Positions 35,931-46,247 are shown, numbered from the stretch's first letter. The stretch: DNA of 50,164 bases from Eubacteriales bacterium (GCA_045660125.1 JAZRDG010000053.1:1-50164), one strand, 5' to 3'. Notes: a model not told the origin generated them from the letters alone. Translations and numbers: made by a program.

Positions 35931-36987
35931 CTTGATTCTCCTCTTGATCTTGCTGCTCGGCAGGCTCTTGCACCTTGCCCGCTCTTGCAGCGCGCTTTGC
36001 AGCCACGCGCTCTTCTTCAATTCTCTTTTGCTCTGCGCGGAAAGCCTTAACGTCGGGCACAAAATCGGGAACCAGCGCCTTTGCAAGCTTGTTCTTATAC
36101 GCGAACACAAAGCCTACGATCAGCACGGCAACAGATGCGATGAGCAGCACAAGGCCCAGCATCTGCGAGATACGGATGCCCGTGCCGGGGATAAACAGGC
36201 TATCTGTACGCAAGCCCTCGATAAACATTCTGCCAAAGCCGTACCATGCAAAATACATGAGTGCGATCTGACCGTTAAACTTCTTCTTTCTGTAAATCAC
36301 GTTGATCAGCACAAAGCCGAGCAGATTCCACATGGACTCGTAAAGGAAGGTGGGCTGCACCTCAACCATACCAAGGTATCCGTCTCCGTGCGTAGTACTC
36401 GATTCAACAGCCATGCGAAGCTTGTACAAAAGGTTGCTCTCGCCTACGGGATAGGTCTTTTCGGGGCCGAGGAATGCATAGGTGATCTGTCCGTTCACGA
36501 TAGGAGAGCCGAACGCCTCACCGTTGCAGAAGTTGCCCCATCTGCCGATCGCCTGCGCGATCATAACACCGGGTGCTGCGCTGTCAAGCACGGCAAACAC
36601 GTTGGCTTTGCGGATCAGCGACATGGCGACAAGACCGATCACACCGCCAATGATGCCGCCGTAAATGCCCAGACCGCCGTTGCGGATATTGATCCAATCC
36701 TTAAGCGTATTGTAGCTTCCCGTATCCAGCGAGGTCAGCACGTAGTAAAGGCGCGCACCGATCACACCCAGGATCACGGTAGCCATTGCAATATCCAAAA
36801 GATTATCGGTAGAGACCCACTCGCGCTCAGAGCGATACTTGGTATAGAACACCGCCAGCGCAATGCCGCACGTGATCAGCAGCGCATACCAATAAATTTC
36901 CACGCCAAACACCGAAAAGGCGACGCGGTTGATCTCAAATTCCCCGATACCAAGACCGGGAAACGCGATTTTGGTAATTTCACTCAT
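35914..36987 (-). CDS. lgt: prolipoprotein diacylglyceryl transferase
   Basis: GARLYYV, GGLGIYGG, QAIGRWGNF.N.E, PTFLYES, EGLRTD. Confidence 0.95.
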   Translation of the reverse strand: MSEITKIAFPGLGIGEFEINRVAFSVFGVEIYWYALLITCGIALAVFYTKYRSEREWVSTDNLLDIAMATVILGVIGARLYYVLTSLDTGSYNTLKDWINIRNGGLGIYGGIIGGVIGLVAMSLIRKANVFAVLDSAAPGVMIAQAIGRWGNFCNGEAFGSPIVNGQITYAFLGPEKTYPVGESNLLYKLRMAVESSTTHGDGYLGMVEVQPTFLYESMWNLLGFVLINVIYRKKKFNGQIALMYFAWYGFGRMFIEGLRTDSLFIPGTGIRISQMLGLVLLIASVAVLIVGFVFAYKNKLAKALVPDFVPDVKAFRAEQKRIEEERVAAKRAARAGKVQEPAEQQDQEENQDGNDH

Positions 36988-36999
36988 ACAATTTCCTCC

Positions 37000-38307
37000 T
37001 TATTCCTGACCGCCTTCGGGATAGACCACGGACAGGCACATTTTTTGCTCGTCAAAGCACTCGTGCAGATATTTACTTACCTGCTCAAGCGTCACGCTCT
37101 GCATCACCGACGGATACGAGAGCATTTCGCTGCCGTCATCCGCAAAGGAAAGCAGCATGTTGACGATATTTTCGGGAGAATCGAACTCCGCTACAAAGTT
37201 GCCGTATTCCACGCGGCGACAGCGTTCAAAATCTTCTTCGGGTATTCCCTCTTTTTTCAGCTTTTCGATATACGCAAGCACCTCGGCATACACCGCCTCG
37301 GGGTCATGCGCCTCACCCGCAGCCGTACCCGTTGCCACGCGCTCGTTGATCGAATATCCGTAATACATACCGTAGGAAATCTGTCCCTGCTCGTAAAGAT
37401 CGCTGCAAAGCTTGCCCGACATGGAAAAGATCAGCTCGAACAAGAGCGTCATGCAAGCATCCTTGTGGATGCGCTCTGCGGGATCGTCCGAAATATCGGT
37501 ATCCTTGAGCCCAATGTAAAAGACCGGCTTGGGCACGGGCATATAGCTGACCGCGCGCGTGCTTTGCACGTTCGGGCTTTCCTCAAAGCGTTTGTGAGAA
37601 AACGCGGGGGTTGTATACTCGGGAGAAACCTGCTCGTCCACGATGCGCAGCACCTGCGCGGGAGTGACGTCGCCGCAAATGGCAAGCGACATATTGGAAG
37701 GCACGTAAAACGTATCCGTGCACGCATACAGCAGCTCGGGGGTGACGTGCGCAATGGATTGCTCGCTGCCCGCGATCTCATATCTTACGGTATGCTGCTT
37801 ATACATTGCCTTGATCATTTGCGCATACGCGCGCTCCCAAGGATGATCTGCTGCGCCTCTGATCTCCTCTGCAATGATGCCTCGCTCGCGCTCCACCGAT
37901 TCCTCGGTAAAATACGGGTGCGTGACAAAGCGCAAAAGCTCGGCAAGGCAGGCGTTTACGTTGGAGGTGGTGTTGAACAGATACGCCGTTCTGTCGTACG
38001 AGGTAAAGGCGTTGCATTCCGCGCCAAGCGCGCTAAAGCGCATATCGGAATTGACGCCATCCGCATTTTCAAACATTTTGTGCTCAAGGTAATGCGCCGT
38101 GCCAAGCGGCATGGTGCAAGCATTGCCCTGTGTGTCCAGATACTCGCTATCCAATGAGCCAAGCCCTACCTGCAAAATCGCATATACGGACGAGCACTTT
38201 TTGGGGTAAACAAAGATCTTAAGTCCGCTTGCATGCACGATCTCGGTGTAGCGTTCGCCCAGTCGCGTGTTTCTGTGCACGCATCTTGCAATAACGTGAT
38301 TATTCAT
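37000..38307 (-). CDS. M16 family zinc peptidase (YmfH-like)
   Basis: GTAHYLEHKMFE (HxxEH), NAFTS, ERGIIAEEI. Confidence 0.9.
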   Translation of the reverse strand: MNNHVIARCVHRNTRLGERYTEIVHASGLKIFVYPKKCSSVYAILQVGLGSLDSEYLDTQGNACTMPLGTAHYLEHKMFENADGVNSDMRFSALGAECNAFTSYDRTAYLFNTTSNVNACLAELLRFVTHPYFTEESVERERGIIAEEIRGAADHPWERAYAQMIKAMYKQHTVRYEIAGSEQSIAHVTPELLYACTDTFYVPSNMSLAICGDVTPAQVLRIVDEQVSPEYTTPAFSHKRFEESPNVQSTRAVSYMPVPKPVFYIGLKDTDISDDPAERIHKDACMTLLFELIFSMSGKLCSDLYEQGQISYGMYYGYSINERVATGTAAGEAHDPEAVYAEVLAYIEKLKKEGIPEEDFERCRRVEYGNFVAEFDSPENIVNMLLSFADDGSEMLSYPSVMQSVTLEQVSKYLHECFDEQKMCLSVVYPEGGQE

Positions 38308-39604
38308 CGTCCTCACCCTCCCCGTTTAGCGTTCCGTTGAGAAAATATACGGTATCGGGCACGGTTGCGCATGCAACGCGCATGACGTCCTGCGCCGTGA
38401 CGGACTTGACGCGCTCAATGCACTTTTCGGGTGTGAGCACAGAGCCGTAAAACACCTGTCTGCCAAACCAATACGATTGTATTGCCGCAGGAGAATCGGT
38501 GCACTGGCGCAGCGCGTTGATCAGCGACTTTTGCGCCATTTTGAGCTCCGCCTTGGAAACCGGCTTTTGCTGCAAGCGCGCCAGCTGCGCAAAGATCTCG
38601 CGCTCGGCAACCTCTCTGTTATCGGGATGAATGCCGCAGGACACGGTCATAATGCCCTTATGTGCCACGGCAGAAGAATGGCAATAATAGCAAAGGCTCT
38701 TTTTCTCACGCAAATTGAGGAACAGGCGCGAGACCGAGCTGCCGCCAAACAGCTCGTTGAATACGCTTTGCGCCACCGCATCGGGGTGATCGGGCATGAT
38801 GCCCGTGCGCAAGCCGATCTCCAGCTTGCCCTGCGCCACAGCCATATCCTCGCTGACGTATTGCACCTGCGCGCGCAGCTGCAGGCTCTGCGTTTGTGCC
38901 ATGGACTGCAGCGTCATAGGTGCTTTGGAAAACATAACGCCAAGCAGCTCTGCAACATATGCAGGGTCGTCGCTGCCCACGTAAAAGCACTCGATTCTCG
39001 CGCTTTGCAAGAGGTGCTTGTAATGCTTGGTGAGCATTTCGGGCGTAAACGCCTCCACCTGCTCAACCTTGCCAACCAAGGAAGCACCGTAGGGCTGCCC
39101 TTCAAACATGCACTCGCGCAAGCGCATGCGCGCATAGGAGCGCGTGTCGTTGATCTGTGCGCGGATATCGTCACATGTGTTTTGTATTTCACTTTGCACT
39201 GCCTCGGCACGCAAAAGTCCGTTCTCATCCAACAAGGGATGGAACATCATTTGCTCGATCACGCCAAGTCCCTTTTGGAGCGGATCAGTCTGCTCGCCCG
39301 TCGGCAGATAACGCTTGCCAAGCGTTTCAAGCACAAAGCCGATGACCTGCGAGTCACCGAAAAAGGTATTGCGATAGGAAAGCGACGCGCCGTAAAGCAT
39401 ATCCAGCACGTAATTGAGCTCCTTGATGGTGGGATATTGCTCCGTGCCGCGGCGCAGCACCGAAAACAGCAGCGTAGTCAAGGGCGAAAGCTCTCGGTCT
39501 GCCGGTAAGATCAGCGACACAGAAAGCTGCGCGTTCTTAAATCTGTCGGTTTGTATTGCCCGCAGATTGACCGCAGGCGCGATTTTATATAAAGTTGGAA
39601 TCAT
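38300..39604 (-). CDS. M16 family inactive peptidase partner (YmfF-like)
   Basis: TDRFK, LRRGT..YP, LYGA, SRLFLNLREKKSLCYY; no HxxEH. Confidence 0.88.
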   Translation of the reverse strand: MIPTLYKIAPAVNLRAIQTDRFKNAQLSVSLILPADRELSPLTTLLFSVLRRGTEQYPTIKELNYVLDMLYGASLSYRNTFFGDSQVIGFVLETLGKRYLPTGEQTDPLQKGLGVIEQMMFHPLLDENGLLRAEAVQSEIQNTCDDIRAQINDTRSYARMRLRECMFEGQPYGASLVGKVEQVEAFTPEMLTKHYKHLLQSARIECFYVGSDDPAYVAELLGVMFSKAPMTLQSMAQTQSLQLRAQVQYVSEDMAVAQGKLEIGLRTGIMPDHPDAVAQSVFNELFGGSSVSRLFLNLREKKSLCYYCHSSAVAHKGIMTVSCGIHPDNREVAEREIFAQLARLQQKPVSKAELKMAQKSLINALRQCTDSPAAIQSYWFGRQVFYGSVLTPEKCIERVKSVTAQDVMRVACATVPDTVYFLNGTLNGEGEDDE

Positions 39605-39744
39605 TTTTTCTCCGTAAATATAATACTTCAATATTATCATACACCAAAACGCAAAAAAATGCAAGACTTTTCCCTATTTTGCTCTTGCGTTTGGGGCAAA
39701 AATCCGATATAATGATACTATAAAGACATACGGAGGTAACAATC

Positions 39745-40086
39745 ATGCCCTTTATTGACGTAAAAACCAACAAACAAGTAAGCAAGAACGAGGAGATCGC
39801 GCTCAAAGCGGCACTTGGCAAGGCGATTGCCATTCTGCCCGGTAAGAGCGAGCAATGGCTGATGCTGGAGATCAAGGACGGCTGCCGCATGTATTTCCAC
39901 GGTGACGATGCGCCCTGTGCTATGCTGCAGGTGCAGGTATTTGGCAAGATCAACACCGAAAAGTGCGAGGAGCTGACCGCCGAGATCTGCCGCATTATGG
40001 ACGACACGCTGCAAATCTCCCCTGAAAACACCTACGTCAAATACGAGGAGATCTCGCTCTGGGGCTGGAACTCGCAGAACTTTTGA
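39745..40086 (+). CDS. MIF-like tautomerase
   Basis: Catalytic Pro2 (MPFI), PGKSEQWLM, WGWN..NF. Confidence 0.88.
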   Translation: MPFIDVKTNKQVSKNEEIALKAALGKAIAILPGKSEQWLMLEIKDGCRMYFHGDDAPCAMLQVQVFGKINTEKCEELTAEICRIMDDTLQISPENTYVKYEEISLWGWNSQNF

Positions 40087-40928
40087 TGGATAAGCTGCTT
40101 TTAGTGGACGGGCATTGCCTGCTCTTTCAAATGTTTTACGGCATGCCTGCGCGCATTACGGGCAAGGACGGCAGACCCATACAAGGCACGCTTGGCTTTG
40201 TGGGGGCTTTGCGCAAGATCCTTGCCTTATCAGCGCCCAGCCACGTAGCCGTGATTTTTGACGGTGAGACGCATAATCCGCGCACCGACCTGGATGCCGA
40301 CTACAAAGCTAACCGCGAGGATTTTTCTCTTGTTGCTGACGAGGACAATCCCTTTTTGCAGCTGCCCGATATCTATCGCGCTTTGGACTTTATGGGCATT
40401 GCGCACACCGAAACCACCGATTGCGAGACCGACGACGTGCTTGCGGCATATGCAAAGACTTACGGCAGCGAGTGCGAGGTGATCATATGCTCGCAGGACA
40501 GTGACTTTTACCAGCTGATTACGAATCAAGTGCACATACTGCGCTATCGCGGTGAGAAAAGCGTGACGTGTGACGTGGCGTTTATGCGCGAAAAATTCGG
40601 CATTCGCCCCGAGCAATATGCCTTTTTCAAGTCGCTGACGGGTGACGGATCGGATAACATCAAGGGGATCCCCGGCGTCGGCCCCAAGACCGCGGCTGCG
40701 CTGGTAAATCAATTTGGTACTCCCGAGGCACTTGTGCAAAACGCAGACCTGATCAAGCAGCCCAAGCTGCGCGAATCGGTCAAACAAAACGCACACAGAC
40801 TTGCGCTGAACCTCAAGCTGATCACGCTGGACGGCTGTGCGGCGATTCCCTTTTTGCCAGAGCAAATGTTGTTTCAAGGTCAGACATTTACAACAAACGA
40901 AGTATTACAGGGTATAGGAATCAAATAA
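40086..40928 (+). CDS. stand-alone 5'-3' exonuclease / flap endonuclease
   Basis: LLVDG, YKANR, ETDD, SQDSD, GDGSDNIKGIPGVGPKTA. Confidence 0.92.
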   Translation: MDKLLLVDGHCLLFQMFYGMPARITGKDGRPIQGTLGFVGALRKILALSAPSHVAVIFDGETHNPRTDLDADYKANREDFSLVADEDNPFLQLPDIYRALDFMGIAHTETTDCETDDVLAAYAKTYGSECEVIICSQDSDFYQLITNQVHILRYRGEKSVTCDVAFMREKFGIRPEQYAFFKSLTGDGSDNIKGIPGVGPKTAAALVNQFGTPEALVQNADLIKQPKLRESVKQNAHRLALNLKLITLDGCAAIPFLPEQMLFQGQTFTTNEVLQGIGIK

Positions 40929-40984
40929 GCATTGCATCATCTGCGGGAGCAAGTCTCAATGCCATAAAGTTAAGGAATTGCTAT

Positions 40985-41141
40985 CCCCGCCCCCTGTCAT
41001 CCTCGAGCAAGCCTCGTCCTTCGAGATTCTTCGCTTCGCTCGAGAATGACAACGAAGGACGAGGCGCCGCGAAGGATCTCGGGGCGGGGGCGCATCGTCA
41101 TTTGTTAACTTAATGATATTGGAGCAAGTCCCCCGCCCTAC
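40985..41141. repeat. nested REP-like palindromic element (TGTCAT..ATGACA family) plus a GTAG-type REP
   Basis: Four inverted-repeat pairs in 40985-41089; ggagcaagtcccccgccctac at 41121-41141. Confidence 0.75.
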
Positions 41142-41184
41142 GTGGTTTCCGGATCGGTTTCAATCATCGAATAAGGAGGACGAT

Positions 41185-41664
41185 ATGAAAATCAACACTC
41201 ATAAAGGATTACTATCGTTTTTTGCAATCACATTAGGCATTATTTTGGTCATGCTTGAAGCGATATTGCTTGTGTTCGCTATCAATTCAGAATTCACCGC
41301 TGAGATCATTATGACCATGCTTATTTCTGTCGGATGTTATGTATGTGCCGTTCTTGTTTTCTATTTGCTTTCTTACATTGATAAGTGTTACCTTTACATC
41401 AACGATGCATCTGTGACATACCGAGCTCTCGGTGATACTCATCCCGTTACCGTTTCATGTTCGGACATTATTGCATTAGAATACTACAGACTCTTATCTC
41501 TAAAGTCTTGGTTAATGGCACTCACCACGTTTGTAGCTCCGCAAGCAGTATTTTTGACATATGCAGATGGCGAAGATTCCAAAACAGTCCTGCTTGGATA
41601 TATCACAAAAAAGCAACTTAAGCAGATTGAGAGCGAATACGGGTTCAAAATCAAATATCAATAG
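41185..41664 (+). CDS. hypothetical membrane protein (AT-rich)
   Basis: AAGGAGG RBS; two TM helices then a soluble domain. Confidence 0.7.
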   Translation: MKINTHKGLLSFFAITLGIILVMLEAILLVFAINSEFTAEIIMTMLISVGCYVCAVLVFYLLSYIDKCYLYINDASVTYRALGDTHPVTVSCSDIIALEYYRLLSLKSWLMALTTFVAPQAVFLTYADGEDSKTVLLGYITKKQLKQIESEYGFKIKYQ

Positions 41665-41671
41665 TAAAGCA

Positions 41672-41703
41672 AGAGCGTTGCCGATACGGCAACGCTCTGT
41701 TTT
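41672..41703. terminator. bidirectional terminator
   Basis: agagcgttgccg-ata-cggcaacgctct. Confidence 0.8.
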
Positions 41704-41704
41704 G

Positions 41705-44020
41705 TTATTGGTCTTGGGGAATCTGTCCCTTGAATTTCTTGATCTGCTCGCGCATCAGGTCGTAGTAGAACGTACCGTGGATCTGCGAGGGCTCCATATC
41801 CTTGGACACCTCGGGCGAGGGCTGCTCGCCTGTTACCCACTCGTTCCAGGAAACGATGATCACGATACCCGCACCGAGATCGCACGCGCGCTGGAACTGA
41901 CGCTTGAACGTAGCACCGTTCTCTCTGCCTGCAGCGGGAATATAGCCGCTATCCCCCTCTTTTCCCTGCGGACGCGTAGCTGCGCTGACCGTGACCGCCT
42001 CAACCTTGCCGTCAAGCACGGTAAAGGTCTGTGCACCTCTTTCCTCCCAGCTCCAGTAACCCTTGGAGACCAGCGTTTTTTGATTGTACAGATTGCTCTG
42101 CTGACCAACGTAGCCTGTAATCCAGCGCACGGTGTATCTGTCGTCATCCCATTTGTTCTGCGGCTTAGCTGTATACTGCGTGGGGGTTGCGCCGTAGCAA
42201 GCCAGCAAGGGCTTGCCTTGGTAATAGAAATACATATCCGCGCGGTCGGGGTTGGAGACGTAATCGCGCCATACCTGATCCGCTTTCTTTTGGTGGTTGC
42301 CACTGTCAACCGATTCCTGTCCCGTGTGTCCGGGGCCAAGGAAAATGCAGATCTTAGGTGCCCCCTCAACCGTTTTCCATACGTCAAACAGCTTGTCGGT
42401 CGCTTCCTCGATCATGCGGAAGTCCTCTCTGTGATCGCGCATGGTGGGCGGGTCGTAATTGGTGTTGTTGGACCAGTCCACAAACACGAAATCCACGCCC
42501 GCGTCACGCAGCAGCTCTGCGTGATAGCGCAAAACCTTTTCGTCATCCGATACGTAAGGTCCGCAAAGCGGCAGATCCCACGTGCCGCTGCCCCAACTGC
42601 GCGAGGCAGTATGCCAGGTGGTATATGCAATGCCGACAACACGCTCCTCGTAAGGAGTGGGCTGATACAAGCCAACGCCTGTTTGGTCACATTCTACGTT
42701 ATCGTAATTGTAAACCACGTTTTGATACAGATCAAACGAATCCTTTGCCATATTCATAGCCTCCTGTAGGTTATCTTTTTGGGAAAGCACGGTCATTTCT
42801 GCGTTTTCATCGGCTGCATATCCCATCATTTGCCCGAACGCAGCCACGGGCAGCATAAAGGTATTCTTGGTCAGCACCACGGTCGGGAATGCATATGCCT
42901 GCCCGTTGACGTCAATTTCCGTTTTACCCGCATGCAGCGTCAGCGTCACGCCGTCGCGCATAAGGGTCAAGGTGTCAGCGTTCTGCGCGTACGTAAAGCC
43001 AAACATCTTGGCAAGCTCAGCTGCATCGGCATACGTCACGCCCGAATAGGCTGCGGTGGGAATGGCGGTCAGATGCTGCACCTTATCGGCAAACGCATAA
43101 AAAAGACCTGCCTGGAACGCGACCATTTGCTTTTCGGGCGAATACGCGCGGGTGGTCTCGCCATGAACGCTCATAGACTCCAGCGTGCTGAACGCGTAAT
43201 GCGACATATAGCGGAAATAGCCGTTGCCACTAAGAGCAACGTTATCGGTTGCGCAATTGGCAACCACATTGCCCTGCGCGTCCTTGACGATCAGTCTCTC
43301 GCCGATCTCCACGGTCGCTACAAGCACGTCGTTTGCATAAATTTCAGCGCCCTGCCCGTTCCCTTCTGCTCGGAACGATACACCGTCCGTTGCCGAGAAA
43401 GGCAGATTGGTCGTGATCACTTTTTCAACGCCCTGCTTTACGTACACGGCTGCCGTGCTCTCCCTGAAGGAAAACCACAAGCCACCGTCAATAAACAGAT
43501 TGTTGGCAGCCTTACAATACATGCCCACCATGGCGGCGTTATAAGGTCCGCTGCGGTCGTTTTTCGACACGGTAAACTGCGCTTGCAGGGTGTAGGTATC
43601 GGTTGAGATCGGCTTTGAAAATCCAACGGAATCCCAGTTGTCATTTTTGGTGGTCAAGCCCGCGTCATTTTTTTGGAACAGGCTGCCGTTTACAAAGGTC
43701 AAGCCCTCGCCCTTGAGTTGGCTGACCGTTTTGCCCTTGGCACTAAAGGAAAGCTCCAGCACATCGCTCTGCCCACGCAGCAGCGCAGTCAGATCGGGCA
43801 GCTCACCCTCGGGCACCTCAATCTCAATGGGCGGCTCGGTTTGCACCTCCGTGGTGGCTTCCTGCGTATCTTGCTCGGTTTGCTGCTCGGTTTGTTGCTG
43901 ATCGGTTTGTTGCTGATCGGTCGAGTCCTGGGTGTCAGGAGTGGGATTAGGTGTGCACGCGCCAAGCACAAAGCAAAGGGCTAACAGGGCGCACATCGCC
44001 ATGCAGATTTTTGTTCTCAT
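41705..44020 (-). CDS. multidomain lipoprotein: beta-sandwich, copper-amine-oxidase-N-like domain, GH99/GH71-like glycoside hydrolase domain
   Basis: Lipobox LGAC; T/Q/E linker; HAELLRDAGVDFVFVDWSN, YQGKPL, GRENGATF, VSWNEW, DMEPS. Confidence 0.7.
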   Translation of the reverse strand: MRTKICMAMCALLALCFVLGACTPNPTPDTQDSTDQQQTDQQQTEQQTEQDTQEATTEVQTEPPIEIEVPEGELPDLTALLRGQSDVLELSFSAKGKTVSQLKGEGLTFVNGSLFQKNDAGLTTKNDNWDSVGFSKPISTDTYTLQAQFTVSKNDRSGPYNAAMVGMYCKAANNLFIDGGLWFSFRESTAAVYVKQGVEKVITTNLPFSATDGVSFRAEGNGQGAEIYANDVLVATVEIGERLIVKDAQGNVVANCATDNVALSGNGYFRYMSHYAFSTLESMSVHGETTRAYSPEKQMVAFQAGLFYAFADKVQHLTAIPTAAYSGVTYADAAELAKMFGFTYAQNADTLTLMRDGVTLTLHAGKTEIDVNGQAYAFPTVVLTKNTFMLPVAAFGQMMGYAADENAEMTVLSQKDNLQEAMNMAKDSFDLYQNVVYNYDNVECDQTGVGLYQPTPYEERVVGIAYTTWHTASRSWGSGTWDLPLCGPYVSDDEKVLRYHAELLRDAGVDFVFVDWSNNTNYDPPTMRDHREDFRMIEEATDKLFDVWKTVEGAPKICIFLGPGHTGQESVDSGNHQKKADQVWRDYVSNPDRADMYFYYQGKPLLACYGATPTQYTAKPQNKWDDDRYTVRWITGYVGQQSNLYNQKTLVSKGYWSWEERGAQTFTVLDGKVEAVTVSAATRPQGKEGDSGYIPAAGRENGATFKRQFQRACDLGAGIVIIVSWNEWVTGEQPSPEVSKDMEPSQIHGTFYYDLMREQIKKFKGQIPQDQ

Positions 44021-44033
44021 CTCTTCTCCTTTC

Positions 44034-45203
44034 TCAATCGTACAATCTGTACTGATCGTAAAGCGGCATAAACGCTGCCGCCTCTGCTTGCCAACGCTCG
44101 ATGATGCGCTCCGCGCTCTCTTGCGACGTACGCAGATCGGTATTGCCCGACGCAAGATCGATATGCCATCTGCCACCGTTCGGGGGCGGATTGAAGGCAA
44201 AATCGTTCGGATACATCTGCTGAACCGTGCGCATCATATGTACGCCAAGAGATACCGGCTGCACCGCCTTTTGATCAAGCACGTGAATGTCCACGCCGTA
44301 GCAGACCGTGTTTGCGTGCTTGCCAAACGAAGGTCTGAAAAATGCGGGCGAGAATGCAAGCCCGGGCAAACCGAGCGCATTCATTTTTTCTGCAAGATGC
44401 ACGGGGTTGATATACGGTGCGCCCACCGTGGTAAAGGGCGTTGTCGTTCCCCTGCCCTCGGATACGTTGGTGCCCGAAAACAGGCACGTACCGTTATACA
44501 CCGTGATGGCGTCCATGCTTGGCAGATTGGGACTTGGCTTGACAAAAGGCAAGCCCGTGTCGCCATAGAACATATCGCGCGTCCAGCCGTCAAGCTCGAT
44601 AACGTGCAGCTCACATCCAAGACCGTATTCGCCGTTATAAAGCCGCGCCAGCTCGCCAAGCGTAAGCCCGTGTCGGATCGGCACTTGGGTCAGCCCGATA
44701 AACGAGGACATTTCGGGCTTTGAAACGTTGCCCTGCACCGCGCCGCCGATCGGATTGGGTCTGTCCAGCACGCAAAGCGGTATGCCCTTTTTGGCGCATG
44801 CCTGCATGCAGTAAAACAAGGTGGAGGCGTAGGTGAAATAGCGCGAGCCGACGTCCTGCATGTCAAAGACAAGGATATCTATGGGCAGCCGGTCGGGTGC
44901 GTATACACGCTTTTTCTGCCCCTCGTCCTCGGAAAACACCATGTCGCGAAACAAACTGAAAGAGGCAATGCCCGAAACCTTGTCCACGCCATTCTCAACC
45001 GCCTCACCGGGGCCGAGCACGCCGCGACTGCCGTGCTCCGGCGCGTAAAGCGCCGTAACACGGTAAAGTTCGGTCATTGCCTCAATCGTTCCAAGGTATT
45101 TGCGGTTCAGTCCGGACGCGCCGCCACAAAGACCGATGCGCTTGCCTTCAAGCAAGGCTCGGACGTTCGGCTCGCATATTCTGTCGATACCGGCCTTTAC
45201 CAT
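44034..45203 (-). CDS. exo-beta-N-acetylmuramidase NamZ family (DUF1343)
   Basis: APEHG, FDMQDVGSRYFTY, LDRPNPIGG, RHGLTLGELA, PSPNLP, SEGRGTT.PF. Confidence 0.9.
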   Translation of the reverse strand: MVKAGIDRICEPNVRALLEGKRIGLCGGASGLNRKYLGTIEAMTELYRVTALYAPEHGSRGVLGPGEAVENGVDKVSGIASFSLFRDMVFSEDEGQKKRVYAPDRLPIDILVFDMQDVGSRYFTYASTLFYCMQACAKKGIPLCVLDRPNPIGGAVQGNVSKPEMSSFIGLTQVPIRHGLTLGELARLYNGEYGLGCELHVIELDGWTRDMFYGDTGLPFVKPSPNLPSMDAITVYNGTCLFSGTNVSEGRGTTTPFTTVGAPYINPVHLAEKMNALGLPGLAFSPAFFRPSFGKHANTVCYGVDIHVLDQKAVQPVSLGVHMMRTVQQMYPNDFAFNPPPNGGRWHIDLASGNTDLRTSQESAERIIERWQAEAAAFMPLYDQYRLYD

Positions 45204-45212
45204 ACATACCTC

Positions 45213-46046
45213 TTAAGCATTGTTCAGCTTATCTTCAATTTTGTCGGATGCAGCGTCCATATAGTCGTTCTGCATCATTTCGATCCAGCCCTTATCTACA
45301 AGCGCTGCAAGCTTTGCATCCATCGGGATCTGTGCCAGCAGCTCGTAGCCGAACTGGTTAGCGATCTCTGCGATATGGCTCTCGCCAAACACGTTGATCT
45401 TCTTGCCGCAGTCGGGACAGAGCACGTAGCTCATGTTCTCAACCAAGCCAAGCACGGGAATATCCATCATATCCGCCATGTGTGCAGCCTTCTTTACGAT
45501 CATGGAAACCAGATCCTGAGGGCTGGAAACGATGACGATGCCGTCAAGCGGAATGGACTGGAACACAGTCAGCGGTACGTCGCCGGTTCCGGGAGGGCAG
45601 TCTACGAACAGATAGTCAAGATCAGCCCAAACGGTCTGCGACCAGAATTGCTTTACCGTACCTGCGATCACGGGACCTCTCCAGACAACGGGTCTGGTCT
45701 CATCGTCCAAGAGCAGGTTGACAGACATGATCTCAATGCCTGTGGTGGTTGCGGGAGGCACCATGCCGTCGCCATCACCCTCAACGGGCTTGTTCAGACC
45801 AAACGCCTTGGGGATCGAGGGGCCGGTAATATCAGCATCCAGAATGCCGACGCGATAGCCCTTGCGCTGCATGAGCACTGCCAGCATAGAGGTAACGAGC
45901 GATTTGCCAACGCCGCCCTTGCCGCTGACTACGCCGATGACGTGCTTGACGGACGAAGCGGGATGGGGGGCTTCATACATGCTCTTCTTATCGCGCGAGC
46001 CGCAATTTGCAGAGCAAGTGGAACAGTTATGGGTACATTCGGACAT
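45213..46046 (-). CDS. Mrp/NBP35 (ApbC) Fe-S cluster carrier ATPase
   Basis: CTHNCSTC, SGKGGVGKS, DADITGPS, WRGP, DCPPGTGD, ENMS..CPDC. Confidence 0.93.
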   Translation of the reverse strand: MSECTHNCSTCSANCGSRDKKSMYEAPHPASSVKHVIGVVSGKGGVGKSLVTSMLAVLMQRKGYRVGILDADITGPSIPKAFGLNKPVEGDGDGMVPPATTTGIEIMSVNLLLDDETRPVVWRGPVIAGTVKQFWSQTVWADLDYLFVDCPPGTGDVPLTVFQSIPLDGIVIVSSPQDLVSMIVKKAAHMADMMDIPVLGLVENMSYVLCPDCGKKINVFGESHIAEIANQFGYELLAQIPMDAKLAALVDKGWIEMMQNDYMDAASDKIEDKLNNA

Positions 46047-46247
46047 TTTTAAACACTTCCTTTTACAGATAATACTTTTACCCAAGTATTATACCGCACA
46101 TTTACGACAAATGCAAGGGGCTTGACGATTTTTTTGCAAAATTTGGACAAACTTTCAATATTTTTTCGATTGCATCTTGCAATTGCTCGCAAAAAATAGT
46201 ATAATATATAAGATTGAAATATTACACACAAAGTTTTGGAGGAAGAA

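Noticed and set aside
35818-38157. 779-aa plus-strand ORF (similar shadows at 46155-47735, 47952-49823, 8213-9130)
   Set aside because: Opposite well-supported genes (lgt/peptidase, gpmI, dxs, pfkA); no protein-like features
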